From Cyclobacteriaceae bacterium (GTDB lineage: Bacteria > Bacteroidota > Bacteroidia > Cytophagales > Cyclobacteriaceae), in contig CAXXNX010000060.1 in the NCBI GenBank assembly GCA_963664285.2, forward strand, positions 14,829 through 78,828: 64,000 bases of DNA. The letters run 5' to 3'. The first letter of the stretch is position 1; the number at the start of each line of letters is the position of its first letter. Both the position numbers and the translations under genes were made by a program. The notes under the pieces are model-generated. The model was given only the letters and a program-made list of their open reading frames with translations, searched no databases and was not told the origin of the DNA. Shown piece by piece: positions 10,768 through 21,670 of the stretch.

Positions 10768-11001
10768 ATGAGTAACCATATTCGATTAACTGAGTCTGTA
10801 ATATTAGGCGATATCTTAAAAGAAAAAGCTATGTTCCGCAATTACCTCAAGCCAATAGCATTAGCAAGCGATGCTGGGTCTGAATGGAAAAACGGATTAG
10901 CTATCGCCCTTATCGGTGGTTTAAGTAGTTCAATGTTCCTTTCGCTGATACTGGTACCTGTTGTATACTCCGCAATGGACCGACTAATGAAAAAGGGATA
11001 A
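10768..11001 (+). pseudogene. RND efflux permease (AcrB/CzcA-like), orphan C-terminal remnant
   Basis: Only the last ~55 aa motif is present ('GSEW..GLAIALIGGLSSSMFLSLILVPVVYSAMDRL'). No upstream body of the ~1,000-aa protein is present. Confidence 0.55.
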
Positions 11002-11005
11002 TTTT

Positions 11006-12181
11006 TTAGTCATCTTTCTGAAACCTCTTCAATATCTTCTCCATATGTTTGCCGGCCGCCTCGCGTCCTCCAAGGCCGTAAGAAAGCGCCACCGCAACAG
11101 CTAGAGCACCAAGTGTAAGACCGAAAGCCAGTTCTACTATGCTGTTTGCTATACCCATGGTGCGAAGCGAGATTGCGAGGAAAAGTCCTACGATAGCAAC
11201 TCTAGCCACACCTGCCATGTATTTATTGTCATCGGTTTTGCTTAATGAATTGTAAACTAGATAGCCTATAAAGTTGCCGGCCACCATTATGATCAACCCA
11301 AACAAAATGTTACCCAAAAGGTGCAGTATAGTGTGCAATGAGTGTGTCAATCGTTCAAAGCCTAACATCTCTATGCCAGTAACTACTCCAAAAAATACTA
11401 GGAAGAAATAGGCGATTCCCCCAATGATCTTTGATAAGGACTGCCCTTCACCTATCATAGCGGTGATCCTTAATTTTGAGGCTAGAATATCAGTTCCCAT
11501 ATTGCTCAGCAGGTCTTTCAGGAATTCGGTGATGAACCTGCCTCCTACAGCAAATAGGGTAATAATTAATATGGCCCCAATGATATTGGGTACAGCGTCC
11601 AATAAGTTATGTAATAGATTATTGGCCGGTTGTGTTATGGCTTCAAGATGAAGGGCATTTAATGCCTGGATAAGTAAAGGAATGAAGATTATTAAGAAAA
11701 CGATTTGCTGAATGAAATAAACCAGCTTATCCGTGTCTTTAAACCCGATATTGGCCGCTATTCTATCGACCACACTTCCCGCCATCTTTACCAGGTTCGA
11801 TACAAACTTGGCAATAATGTATCCAATAAATCCTATCGCAACACCTGCCAATATGTTTGGAATGAAGCCCAGGAATTCATTGAGCATATTCCTGATTGGA
11901 TCAAGAACATAACTCACGCCGAGCATCTCCAGTACTACTAGTAGTACTATGAGCATCAACACGTAATAGACCAGGTTAGCAATGAACTTATTGGTATCAA
12001 CGATGGTGTTACCGAGTAACCTCTCGTCCCATTCGGTTCTCTTCATCAGGCCATGAACTATCCTTCTTATTAATAAGGAGATTAGCCATCCTATAATAAA
12101 AACGACAATGGCTCCGAATACGCCCGGCAGAGCAGTTCCAATGGTGTGAATTAGGCTGTCAAGATAGCTTGGTAGGCTCAT
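11006..12181 (-). CDS. multi-pass membrane protein with conserved TM-helix repeats (MscS-related small-conductance type)
   Basis: The ORF is called to 12265, but the likely start is 'MSLPSYLDS' at 12181. It has repeated hydrophobic helices throughout. Confidence 0.6.
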   Translation of the reverse strand: MSLPSYLDSLIHTIGTALPGVFGAIVVFIIGWLISLLIRRIVHGLMKRTEWDERLLGNTIVDTNKFIANLVYYVLMLIVLLVVLEMLGVSYVLDPIRNMLNEFLGFIPNILAGVAIGFIGYIIAKFVSNLVKMAGSVVDRIAANIGFKDTDKLVYFIQQIVFLIIFIPLLIQALNALHLEAITQPANNLLHNLLDAVPNIIGAILIITLFAVGGRFITEFLKDLLSNMGTDILASKLRITAMIGEGQSLSKIIGGIAYFFLVFFGVVTGIEMLGFERLTHSLHTILHLLGNILFGLIIMVAGNFIGYLVYNSLSKTDDNKYMAGVARVAIVGLFLAISLRTMGIANSIVELAFGLTLGALAVAVALSYGLGGREAAGKHMEKILKRFQKDD

Positions 12182-12342
12182 AATGCTATTAATTTTTGAT
12201 TTAGCACAACAATTTATTCCAGATTTTTGCCTATCACAAAGATTTTCAACTAATTGTTTGAGCATGTTCCGTATTAATTTCTGTCTGTGACATAAATATT
12301 CTCAGTTGACTAACTAACATTGCGCTTCAAATTTTAGGCTTA

Positions 12343-13413
12343 ATGATTCATTTGGAAGCTTTGCGGGGTGATGTTATAGTACTATCCGGCGGGATTTTGG
12401 AAAGTAAAAGCGCCAAAACTACTCATGGTTTAATCAGGGGGTCCACCCGATTTAATGTTAAGGCAATCATTGACAGTAAATTTGCAGGTCAGAGATCGCC
12501 CGAAGTCATTACCAAAGCCACTATTGACATTCCGATATATTCGAGTGTTGAAGAGTATATAGCTGCCGGTGGAAAAGCTGATTACTGCATTATTGGAGTG
12601 GCGACGAAAGGTGGTATCCTACCGGATCAGATGAAAACTGATGTTATTGATGCCATCAACAATAAGATATCCATTATCAATGGTCTGCACAAATTTCTAA
12701 ATGACGATGAAGAGATTTCATCAGTCGCTGGCCAAAACAACGTGGCAATCCATGATATTCGCAAACCGAGGCCAAAAGATGAACTAGCGTTTTGGACGGG
12801 AGATATTTTCCATGTAAAAACGCCAAAAATTGCCGTGATGGGCACAGATTGTGCTCTCGGAAAGAGAACAACTGCGAAGTTTATTGTCGATGCGTTGAGA
12901 GAAAGAAAACATTCAGCGGAGATGATATTCACTGGTCAGACAGGCTGGCTACAAGGATGGAGGTATGGCTTTATTCTTGATTCAACGGTGAATGATTTCG
13001 TTTCAGGGGAATTGGAAGATGCAATGTTGAGATGTCATCAGGAAATAAACCCTGATTTTATGGTCATCGAAGGGCAGGCCGCATTAAGAAATATTAGTGG
13101 GCCATGTGGGTCGGAGTTTTTAATATCAGGTAATGTTGATGGTGTAATACTCCACCATTCACCAATAAGAAAATATTATCATGGGTATGATCATCTGGGG
13201 ATTGAAATTCCGCCATTGGAAAAAGAAATTGAATTGGTGAACGTCTATGGCAAGAAAGTTTTGGGTGCGACTTTGAATACTTTTGAACTTGATGTGGAGG
13301 ATGCCAGGCGCTATAGGGATGAGTATGAAAACAAACTGGGGATTCCGGTTGCGTTACCAATCGAGGAAGGAGTCGATCGAATTCTTCCTGCAATCGAATC
13401 ACTAAAGAATTGA
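12343..13413 (+). CDS. DUF1611-family protein (DgcN-like)
   Basis: 356 aa with 'VMGTDCALGKRTT', a P-loop-like motif characteristic of DUF1611. It sits directly upstream of an enolase-superfamily epimerase. Confidence 0.7.
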   Translation: MIHLEALRGDVIVLSGGILESKSAKTTHGLIRGSTRFNVKAIIDSKFAGQRSPEVITKATIDIPIYSSVEEYIAAGGKADYCIIGVATKGGILPDQMKTDVIDAINNKISIINGLHKFLNDDEEISSVAGQNNVAIHDIRKPRPKDELAFWTGDIFHVKTPKIAVMGTDCALGKRTTAKFIVDALRERKHSAEMIFTGQTGWLQGWRYGFILDSTVNDFVSGELEDAMLRCHQEINPDFMVIEGQAALRNISGPCGSEFLISGNVDGVILHHSPIRKYYHGYDHLGIEIPPLEKEIELVNVYGKKVLGATLNTFELDVEDARRYRDEYENKLGIPVALPIEEGVDRILPAIESLKN

Positions 13414-13423
13414 CAACGAACAT

Positions 13424-14513
13424 TTGAAATCAGTACAAATGAATCTAAAGATAAAATCAATAAAGGCTGAAATTGTTAATCTCGGACTGACAAAACCTTA
13501 TGCTATTGCATACAAAACAGTAGATAGTGTAGCTAATGTTGTGGTAATTGTAGAATCAGAAAGCGGGTTGATTGGATACGGGGCGGCGAATCCCAGCGAG
13601 TATGTGGTGGGGGAAGAAAATGAAGATGTAATTAAGCAACTTACAGATGAACGTCTCTCAATTTTTATAGGCAGGGATCTGATCAAATTTTATGAACTTA
13701 TCGGGGATGTACATGTGCAATTTACGTCAGTGGGGGCAAGGATCGCCTCTGGAGACGGCCTTTCATGATTTGTTTACTAGCCACTTGGGAATTCCACTAG
13801 TGGATTTTTACGGAAGGAAAATTATGCAACTTCCGACATCCGTAACTATTGGAATCATGGATTTCCGGAAAACTCTGGAGGAGGCGGATCAGTACATTGC
13901 TAATGGGTTCAAAAATCTTAAAGTAAAACTCGGCAAGGCGGTAGATGAAGATATTGAAAAAATTCAGAAATTAAAGGAACATATTCCGGGCAATATCACG
14001 TTGAGAATTGATGCCAACCAGGGATGGACTGTTGATGACACTATTAAATTCTATACTGCAACATCAGGCTTAAATATTGAACTTATTGAACAGCCCCTAA
14101 AACAAGAGGCGACTGATGATATGAGGCGATTGCCAGACGAATTGAAAATGATCATTGCAGCCGATGAGTCGCTCATAACTCCCAGTGATGCATTTGATCT
14201 TGCACAAAAACCTATCGCATCAGGGATCTATAATATCAAACTGATGAAGTGCGGAGGTCTGACTAAAGCTAAGGACATTGCAGTTATTGCTGAAAACGCG
14301 GGCATTGATCTTATGTGGGGATGCAATGACGAAAGTAATATTAGTATTACTGCGGCATTACATATCGCTTTTTCGTGTGTCAACACCAAATATATTGACC
14401 TCGATGGGAGTTTAGACCTTGCTACAGATGTAGTCAAAGGTGGATTCATCCTTAAAGACGGTATGATGTCCATTGGTGACAAGCCGGGGTTAGGGTTGGA
14501 AAGAATGGGGTGA
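13424..14513 (+). pseudogene. enolase-superfamily dipeptide epimerase / N-acyl-amino-acid racemase, frameshifted
   Basis: Two overlapping ORFs (13424-13768 and 13692-14513). '...ARIA' joins 'LETAFHDLF...' if one nt near 13752 is removed. Confidence 0.7.
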
Positions 14514-14561
14514 CCAAGTCTCAAAGGCTACTTATCTTTACAACCAAACAACTCCTTCGCC

Positions 14562-14981
14562 ATGAAGATTGCTATTCTTAACGGACCAAATCTAAATTTA
14601 TTAGGTAAGCGGGAGCCTGAGATCTATGGAAACAGATCCTTTGAGGAATACTATGCAGAATTGGAGCAGGAATTCAAAGATCAAAACTTGCAATATTTCC
14701 AATCGAACAGTGAAAGTGAATTGATAGACAAGCTCCATGAGATCGGATTTGATTATGATGGAATTGTTTTGAACGCCGGGGCATTAACCCACACTTCTAT
14801 TGCCTTAGCTGATGCTGTTGCCGGAATAAAGTCACACGTCATTGAGGTTCACATTTCCAACATCTTTGCCCGGGAAGAATTCAGACATAAAAGTTTCATT
14901 TCGAAGAATGCAGTGGGGATCATTTCCGGATTGGGCCTGAATGGCTATAAACTGGCCATTGAACATCTCATTGAGGGATGA
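14562..14981 (+). CDS. aroQ: type II 3-dehydroquinate dehydratase
   Basis: 139 aa. 'ILNGPNLNLLGKREPEIYG' and 'HISNIFAREEFRHKS' are AroQ signatures. Confidence 0.9.
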   Translation: MKIAILNGPNLNLLGKREPEIYGNRSFEEYYAELEQEFKDQNLQYFQSNSESELIDKLHEIGFDYDGIVLNAGALTHTSIALADAVAGIKSHVIEVHISNIFAREEFRHKSFISKNAVGIISGLGLNGYKLAIEHLIEG

Positions 14982-16027
14982 TTAATTTTTATCCGGGCCC
15001 TTCCAAAATTTACCCCCAGGTCAAAAATTACATTATTGAAGGCCTTGATAGTGGCATACTAAGTATGAATCATCGAAGTTCGGAATTCATGGAATTGATG
15101 GCTGATACAGTTCGTCTTCTTAAAGAAAAATTGAGGATTCCGAAGGACTACCAGGTGGTATTTACATCTTCTGCGACAGAATGTTGGGAGATCATCGCCC
15201 AATCTATCATCAGAAATAGGAGTAGTCATGTACATAACGGAGCTTTTGGAGCAAAATGGATGAACTATACTATTAAACTAGGTAATGAAGTTCAATCAAT
15301 TCAATTTGCATTAAATGAATTACCAGAAGTTGAAGTTGAAAAGGGTACAGAAGTTATTTGTTTCACTCAAAATGAAACCTCAAATGGTACCCAAGTACCT
15401 CAACATTTGATTAGAGAAGCCAGGGTTCAATATCCTGAACTTTTAATTGCTCTAGATGCAACTTCATCCATGGCGGGAATTGAATTAGATTTTGAATTGG
15501 CTGATATCTGGTTTGCCTCGGTACAAAAATGTTTCGGCTTGCCGGCCGGTATGGCTGTATTGATTTGTTCACCAAATGCAGTAGAACGGGCTCAGGGCAT
15601 TAACGAAGTTCAACACTACAACAGTCTGACTTTTCTTTTGGATAATGCCCGAAGGAATCAAACTGCTTATACACCCAACATACTGGATATTTTTCTTCTC
15701 AATAGGGTGTTGAAGGCCAGGTCAACTATTGATCTGGTTCATGAGAGAACAATTGATCGTTTCAATGAAATGGTCAGACGGATTAATCAATCAACGGCCC
15801 TGTCTTTTCTTGTGGAAAATGAGCAAGTTCGTTCTTATACCGTACTCACTATAGTTCCCATAAATTGTTCTGCTCTTGATGTTACGGAAATAGCTAGAAA
15901 GGACAAGATAGTCCTTGGAAGCGGCTACGGGCCATGGAAGGAAAACACCTTCAGGATTGCAAATTTTCCAGCCATAGAAGATGATGACTGGCAGTCATTG
16001 AAGGATTTCTTCTCTAAGCTCGAATGA
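14978..16027 (+). CDS. class V PLP-dependent aminotransferase (SerC/AGXT-like)
   Basis: 349 aa. 'SVQKCFGLPAG' fits the PLP-lysine context. It overlaps the aroQ stop by 4 nt (ATGA). Confidence 0.7.
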   Translation: MINFYPGPSKIYPQVKNYIIEGLDSGILSMNHRSSEFMELMADTVRLLKEKLRIPKDYQVVFTSSATECWEIIAQSIIRNRSSHVHNGAFGAKWMNYTIKLGNEVQSIQFALNELPEVEVEKGTEVICFTQNETSNGTQVPQHLIREARVQYPELLIALDATSSMAGIELDFELADIWFASVQKCFGLPAGMAVLICSPNAVERAQGINEVQHYNSLTFLLDNARRNQTAYTPNILDIFLLNRVLKARSTIDLVHERTIDRFNEMVRRINQSTALSFLVENEQVRSYTVLTIVPINCSALDVTEIARKDKIVLGSGYGPWKENTFRIANFPAIEDDDWQSLKDFFSKLE

Positions 16028-16156
16028 TAGTTTACCGGACTCAAAAAAAGAGTTAAAACCAAGCACTTTAGGGCATTTCGTTTCAGCTTCTAAAAATCAC
16101 AGTTTTTTGGCCGGACAATTGCTTAAAGATCTATAAAGAAGTCGTAAATTAAAGGT

Positions 16157-16792
16157 ATGACCACTAAGTTGAGAAAAAATGCACTTTTGTTAGCCGGGGG
16201 TTTGTTTATGGCAGTAGCTGTTTTTGGGCAGGTTGAAGAAAAAGAGAATGCCCAAAGGCAGGCGGAAAGGAGAGTAGCAAGAATGATCAAGTCTGGTTTT
16301 CAATTCAAAAATGCTGAAAACCTCGAAGCAAGGTTTGCTAATCTGATAAAGAAACGTCAGGAACTTAATGAAAACGGCGAAAATAGATATCTCATACTTG
16401 AGGTCACGACTAAACATAAGGACGAACAGATTGCCGAAGATTTGATGAAATATAAAGCGACAGTGGAATTAGCGTCGAATATCACCGTTGAAATTCAACA
16501 GATGATAGAATCAGAGCTTGTGCAATCAAATAGATATTGGGAATTAGGTGGGCATGAATATTTTCTGGAAGTACAGCAGGCAATAGACGAAGTGGCACTT
16601 TCTACTGCATTGAACCTGGCACCTCTCGAAACCATCTATGAAGCCAAACGACAGAATAATAAGAATTACGAGTATTCTATTGGCGTGATTTACGACCGTC
16701 AGAGAATGCTCGATTTCTTTATATTCGAAGCTAGCGGTTATGAGATACTGGACTCCATTTATTGGTTGACTAAGAATAACGAGCCAGAGTGA
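16157..16792 (+). CDS. hypothetical secreted protein
   Basis: 211 aa with an N-terminal signal-like helix. I recognise no family. Confidence 0.5.
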   Translation: MTTKLRKNALLLAGGLFMAVAVFGQVEEKENAQRQAERRVARMIKSGFQFKNAENLEARFANLIKKRQELNENGENRYLILEVTTKHKDEQIAEDLMKYKATVELASNITVEIQQMIESELVQSNRYWELGGHEYFLEVQQAIDEVALSTALNLAPLETIYEAKRQNNKNYEYSIGVIYDRQRMLDFFIFEASGYEILDSIYWLTKNNEPE

Positions 16793-16891
16793 TTTCATAG
16801 TCTCAACAATATTAATGTTCCAATTTTAGATTTAAGATTGGGCCATCTCATTCCCCATTCTAATTTCGGCTATATTCGCCCACTATTTTTC

Positions 16892-17785
16892 ATGAAGGCG
16901 AATAATCTCATCCTGTTTTTAGTGCCTGCATTTATCTGGGGCTCTACCTGGCTGGTAATCAAATTTCAGCTAGGAGTGGTTGATCCTATGATGTCGGTCG
17001 GCTATCGGTTTTTATTAGCCGGTATAATTCTTCTCGGTTATTGCAAGCTTAAGGGAATCCAACTAACCTTTACTGTCAGAGAACACTTATTCATTGCTCT
17101 ACAAGGATTCTTATTGTTCAGTACGAATTATTGGTTAGTCTATTTAGCAGAGCTGTACCTGACCAGTGGATTAGTGGCCGTTGGATTTTCGACGCTCATA
17201 TTCTTTAACATATTTTTTGCCTCACTGTTTCTCAATCAAAGAGTGGCCGCGACGGTTATTATAGGCGCAGTTTTAGGTCTGGCTGGCACTGCTGTGATTT
17301 TTAAGCCGGAACTAGCGAGCTTCAGTTTTTCAGACGATTCATTTAAAGGATTGACATTCTGTATGATCGGAGTGTTGTTAGCTTCGCTTGGAAATGTGGC
17401 CTCCGCTTTTAATCAACAAATGAAAATACCAGTCATCCAAACCAATGCTTTTGGCATGTTCTACGGTGCCATTTATATGTTACTATTGGGATTAATAACG
17501 GGGAAGGAGCTAGTTTTCGACTGGTCTCCGGACTACGTTCTTTCAATCATATATCTCACAATATTCGGTTCAATCATAGCCTTTGGAAGTTATCTGACAT
17601 TGATCGGTAATATTGGCGCTGGTAAGGCTGCTTATGCTATTTTAACTATCCCAGTGGTGGCGATCTGGCTTTCTATCATTTTCGAAGGTTACCTGTTGTC
17701 GATTTATTCAGTTGTTGGTATTCTCATGATCATTGGGGGCAATGTCCTGGCTTTAAAGATGAAGTGGCTAACCCAATACATCTGA
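16892..17785 (+). CDS. DMT-superfamily (EamA-like) transporter
   Basis: About 10 TM helices with two EamA-like halves. The likely start is 'MKANNLILF' at 16892; the ORF is called from 16838. Confidence 0.75.
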   Translation: MKANNLILFLVPAFIWGSTWLVIKFQLGVVDPMMSVGYRFLLAGIILLGYCKLKGIQLTFTVREHLFIALQGFLLFSTNYWLVYLAELYLTSGLVAVGFSTLIFFNIFFASLFLNQRVAATVIIGAVLGLAGTAVIFKPELASFSFSDDSFKGLTFCMIGVLLASLGNVASAFNQQMKIPVIQTNAFGMFYGAIYMLLLGLITGKELVFDWSPDYVLSIIYLTIFGSIIAFGSYLTLIGNIGAGKAAYAILTIPVVAIWLSIIFEGYLLSIYSVVGILMIIGGNVLALKMKWLTQYI

Positions 17786-18844
17786 GAGTGCCTGGACACA
17801 AAGCTCATTTTCATCGGATGTACCAATGGAAATCCTAACACAATGGCTCAGTGGGCCGCCTAAAAGTCGAACAAAGACACCTCTTTTCATCAATTCATCA
17901 AAAATGCGCCTGGCTTCTTCCGGACTTTTCTGAACGGTCATGATAAAGTTTCCGAAAGAAGGAACATAGGTCACACCTAATCGATCAAATTTTTTGTAAT
18001 AGTAGGAGAGGCCGTTGCTGTTATTCTCCAGTGTAGATTTGAGAAAACTCAAGTCATCAATAGCACCCACACCAGCTGCCTGGGCTAGATTAGAGGGCTC
18101 GAAAGTAAGCCTGACTTTATAAAGCGTAGAAATAATCTCCTCGGATGCAATTCCATATCCTAAGCGAATACCCGCGATTCCATATGCTTTCGAAAATGTC
18201 CTCAGACTAATAACATTGTCAAATCCAAGAATCGTACTATCTGGATAATCATTTGACAGATCATGCGAAAATTCGTAATAGGCCTCGTCCATTATTACCA
18301 GAACCTTATCAGGAATTTTCTCCAGGAAATTAACCAGATCGGTTTTGGTTATCATTGTTCCGGTGGGATTATTGATATTAGATAGGTAGATCACTTTGGT
18401 TTGCCTATTGACTGATTTGAGAATCGCTTTCAAATCAAAAGCATAGTCAGGAGTTAACGGAAGAGCCCTGCAGAAAATATTGTTCACCTTGGCCCAATTA
18501 TACACTATAACGAAAGTCCCCTGTGAAGTCAGGAACTCATCATCGCCGGTGCAGAATGCCCTAATAATGCTCATGAGCAAGCCTTCGGAGCCGTTGCTAA
18601 GGATCACATTTTCGGAATTCATATTTACTCTATTGGCGATCTTGCTACAAAGTAAGGAGGCACGAGGATCAGGATAGTAATTGGAAGACCCCAGAGATTC
18701 CTTTACTGCTTCCATTGCTTTTTCGGAAACTCCCAAAGTGTTTTCATTGTTCCACTGAACTGCGTATTGTTCCCAGTCGTTTTCTTGTACCAATTCTTCA
18801 ACCGTCTTCCCCGGTTTGTAACTTTGTATGGATTTAACCCGCAT
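17768..18844 (-). CDS. hisC: histidinol-phosphate-aminotransferase-like class II aminotransferase, N-terminus replaced by the IS end
   Basis: HisC-like motifs 'NENTLG', 'NNPTG', 'DEAYYEF' and 'RTFSKAYGIAGIRLGYG' are present. The first three codons, ATG CGG G, come from the IS terminus (IS tip at 18838). Confidence 0.65.
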   Translation of the reverse strand: MRVKSIQSYKPGKTVEELVQENDWEQYAVQWNNENTLGVSEKAMEAVKESLGSSNYYPDPRASLLCSKIANRVNMNSENVILSNGSEGLLMSIIRAFCTGDDEFLTSQGTFVIVYNWAKVNNIFCRALPLTPDYAFDLKAILKSVNRQTKVIYLSNINNPTGTMITKTDLVNFLEKIPDKVLVIMDEAYYEFSHDLSNDYPDSTILGFDNVISLRTFSKAYGIAGIRLGYGIASEEIISTLYKVRLTFEPSNLAQAAGVGAIDDLSFLKSTLENNSNGLSYYYKKFDRLGVTYVPSFGNFIMTVQKSPEEARRIFDELMKRGVFVRLLGGPLSHCVRISIGTSDENELCVQALSDVLG

Positions 18845-20461
18845 TATTCATAGGCCACCAATTTTGGGATTAATAATGGGTTGCTAACTATTTTTGATTG
18901 GAGTGTATGTATTAATTTGAAGATCAACCAGGTTTCTGGATTTCAAAGGACATTAGAGCGTTTTTTTGTTAGAATTTTTCAATTTTCAGTCAAAGCTCTA
19001 TTGTGTTCTTATGGAAGAACATTTTTTTGATTAAATCAAACTGTTTAACTGATCGGTCAGTTCACCGTAAGCAAATCGCCCAGCAGGTATTGATATCTAA
19101 AGGCTCTTGAGAATTGTATTGTCAATGATCTTTTCCTTTCTTTCAGGCACGCCCCAACCTTCATCAGGTAAAGCCGGATATTGTCCACTTGCCATCGTTT
19201 AGCAAAGTGGTGTTTTGTTTTGGCAATTCATAATTTAATCTGCCGGAACATTTCATAACAGAGGGTAGCGATGATTAAACGCATGAAATTGGCCCAGTAG
19301 CGATGACAGGAAAGCCGGTCGGAATAAGTCATGTTTTTGAGTTCCTTTATTCGATTTTCACTGGCATCACCTCGCTTGACATAAAAATCAAAGTAAATCT
19401 GTTGAGCGGTCATCGCTTCAAAGTTGCTCACAAAGTAACGGACATTCATTCCCTTTCCGGTAGACTCCACTTTGGCGTACAGCTTTTCAGAACGATCCCA
19501 GCTTTTGGCCTGGTAAGTAAACGGGCCAACAAACTCTTGATGTTTGATGATTTTTGAAGCATATCCCTTTTTTACTTCAATGATAGTCTGTTTGGTAAAA
19601 GTCTTTAAAACTTCATTACTACTAATACCTAAACAAAATTGAAGGTCAAACTGCTTAGCTATCCGATAAAAAGATGCTCCTGAAAAGCCACTATCCGCTC
19701 GAATAAGGATCTTTACTGAGGGCAGTTTTTTTCTGATTTTAATGACAATCCTTTTCAATAAGGCCACAAACCATTTGTTGGAGTGACAATTGCCCGGACG
19801 TAGTACTGGTAAAATGACCTGACCGGTGTTCCCGTCCTTAAAGAACAACTCATGGTACATAGTCTGTCCATAATAGCCATTATACAAACTGAGTTGTTGG
19901 GATCCATGAGTAGGGTCATCGGTACCATCTACATCAATGATGATTTGACCAGTCTTCTCTTTCAACTCCTCTACATAACGGTCTACAAGCCATTGACTCA
20001 TCTGGTAGATCAGACTCCGATCGGCCTTGTTTTCAAATCGACTTAAAGTAGGCTGGGAACATAATCCGCTATCTAGTACTTTACGGATCACCGGATCCTC
20101 TCGGAGTTTTTGTTCGTCATTGCAATCCTGATAGCCCTGCATCATTAAAAACACCCGTTGGCGAAGCATTTCTTCATAAGTGTATTCGATAAAAAAGGGG
20201 TTTCGATAGTCAGGAATCAGTGCGGCGAAGCTTTTTAATAGACCAGTCTTTCTCTCTACTTTTTCACTTAACAATATCGCTCCGTCTGAGCTAATCGCTG
20301 ATGCTGAAAAATCAAATTTAAAAGCTTGTTTTCCTCGATAAAATACGGTATCTTTTTCCTTATATTTAGGCATAAATTAATTGCTTATTTTGTTGTCTAA
20401 CTATCTCAATATAAGCAATTTATGCCTGTTTTTTATTGTCTACTATGAATTTTCGGGTTAA
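18834..20461 (-). mobile_element. IS1380-family-like IS, copy C
   Basis: TTAA at 18834-18837, IS proper 18838-20457. The IRL variant has 4 T (gaattttcggg). The right flank is the internal TTAAGTCG site of another IS copy (D). Confidence 0.9.
19228..20373 (-). pseudogene. IS transposase, copy C, premature stop
   Basis: 381 aa. TTA->TGA at 19228-19230 removes the last 57 aa. Substitutions are E3K, F->L and E->G. Confidence 0.8.
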
Positions 20462-21670
20462 GTCGATTTGAAAACAAGGCCGATCGGAGTCTGATCTACC
20501 AGATGAGTCAATGGTTTGTAGACCGTTATGTAGAGGAGTTGAAAGAGAAGACTGGTCAAATCATCATTGATGTAGATGGTACCGATGACCCTACTCATGG
20601 ATCCCAACAACTCAGTTTGTATAATGGCTATTATGGACAGACTATGTACCATGAGTTGTTCTTTAAGGACGGGAACACCGGTCAGGTCATTTTACCAGTA
20701 CTACGTCCGGGCAATTGTCACTCCAACAAATGGTTTGTGGCCTTATTGAAAAGGATTGTCATTAAAATCAGAAAAAAACTGCCCTCAGTAAAGATCCTTA
20801 TTCGAGCGGATAGTGGCTTTTCAGGAGCATCTTTTTATCGGATAGCTAAGCAGTTTGACCTTCAATTTTGTTTAGGTATTAGTAGTAATGAAGTTTTAAA
20901 GACTTTTACCAAACAGACTATCATTGAAGTAAAAAAGGAATATGCTTCAAAAATCATCAAACATCAAGAGTTTGTTGGCCCGTTTACTTACCAGGCCAAA
21001 AGCTGGGATCGTTCTGAAAAGCTGTACGCCAAAGTGGAGTCTACCGGAAAAGGAATGAATGTCCGTTACTTTGTGAGCAACTTTGAAGCGATGACCGCTC
21101 AACAGATTTACTTTGATTTTTATGTCAAGCGAGGTGATGCCAGTGAAAATCGAATAAAGGAACTCAAAAACATGACTTATTCCGACCGGCTTTCCTGTCA
21201 TCGCTACTGGGCCAATTTCATGCGTTTAATCATCGCTACCCTCTGTTATGAAATGTTCCGGCAGATTAAATTATTAATTGCCAAAACAAAACACCACTTT
21301 GCTAAACGATGGCAAGTGGACAATATCCGGCTTTACCTGATGAAGGTTGGGGCGTGCCTGAAAGAAAGGAAAAGATCATTGACAATACAATTCTCAAGAG
21401 CCTTTAGATATCAATACCTGCTGGGCGATTTGCTTACGGTGAACTGACCGATCAGTTAAACAGTTTGGTTTAATCAAAAAAATGTTCTTCCATAAGAACA
21501 CAATAGAGCTTTGACTGAAAATTGAAAAATTCTAACAAAAAAACGCTCTAATGTCCTTTGAAATCCAGAAACCTGGTTGATCTTCAAATTAATACATACA
21601 CTCCAATCAAAAATAGTTAGCAACCCATTATTAATCCCAAAATTGGTGGCCTATGAATAATGCGGGTTAA
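20458..21670 (+). mobile_element. IS1380-family-like IS, partial copy D (3' 1,209 bp only)
   Basis: It starts at the internal TTAA (20458) and ends CGGG|TTAA at 21666/21670. It carries the transposase C-terminal 314 codons (20503-21447). Confidence 0.9.

Noticed and set aside
12627-13423. Several 60-110-aa ORFs lie antisense to or overlapping the DUF1611 gene. Similar shadow ORFs occur at 11424-11941, 14228-14524, 22742-23651, 27385-27684, 36835-37334, 41460-41849, 49238-49616 and 59557-59873.
   Set aside because: Each is nested in or opposite a longer ORF with clear family motifs, and none has a recognisable domain. I treat them as shadow ORFs.
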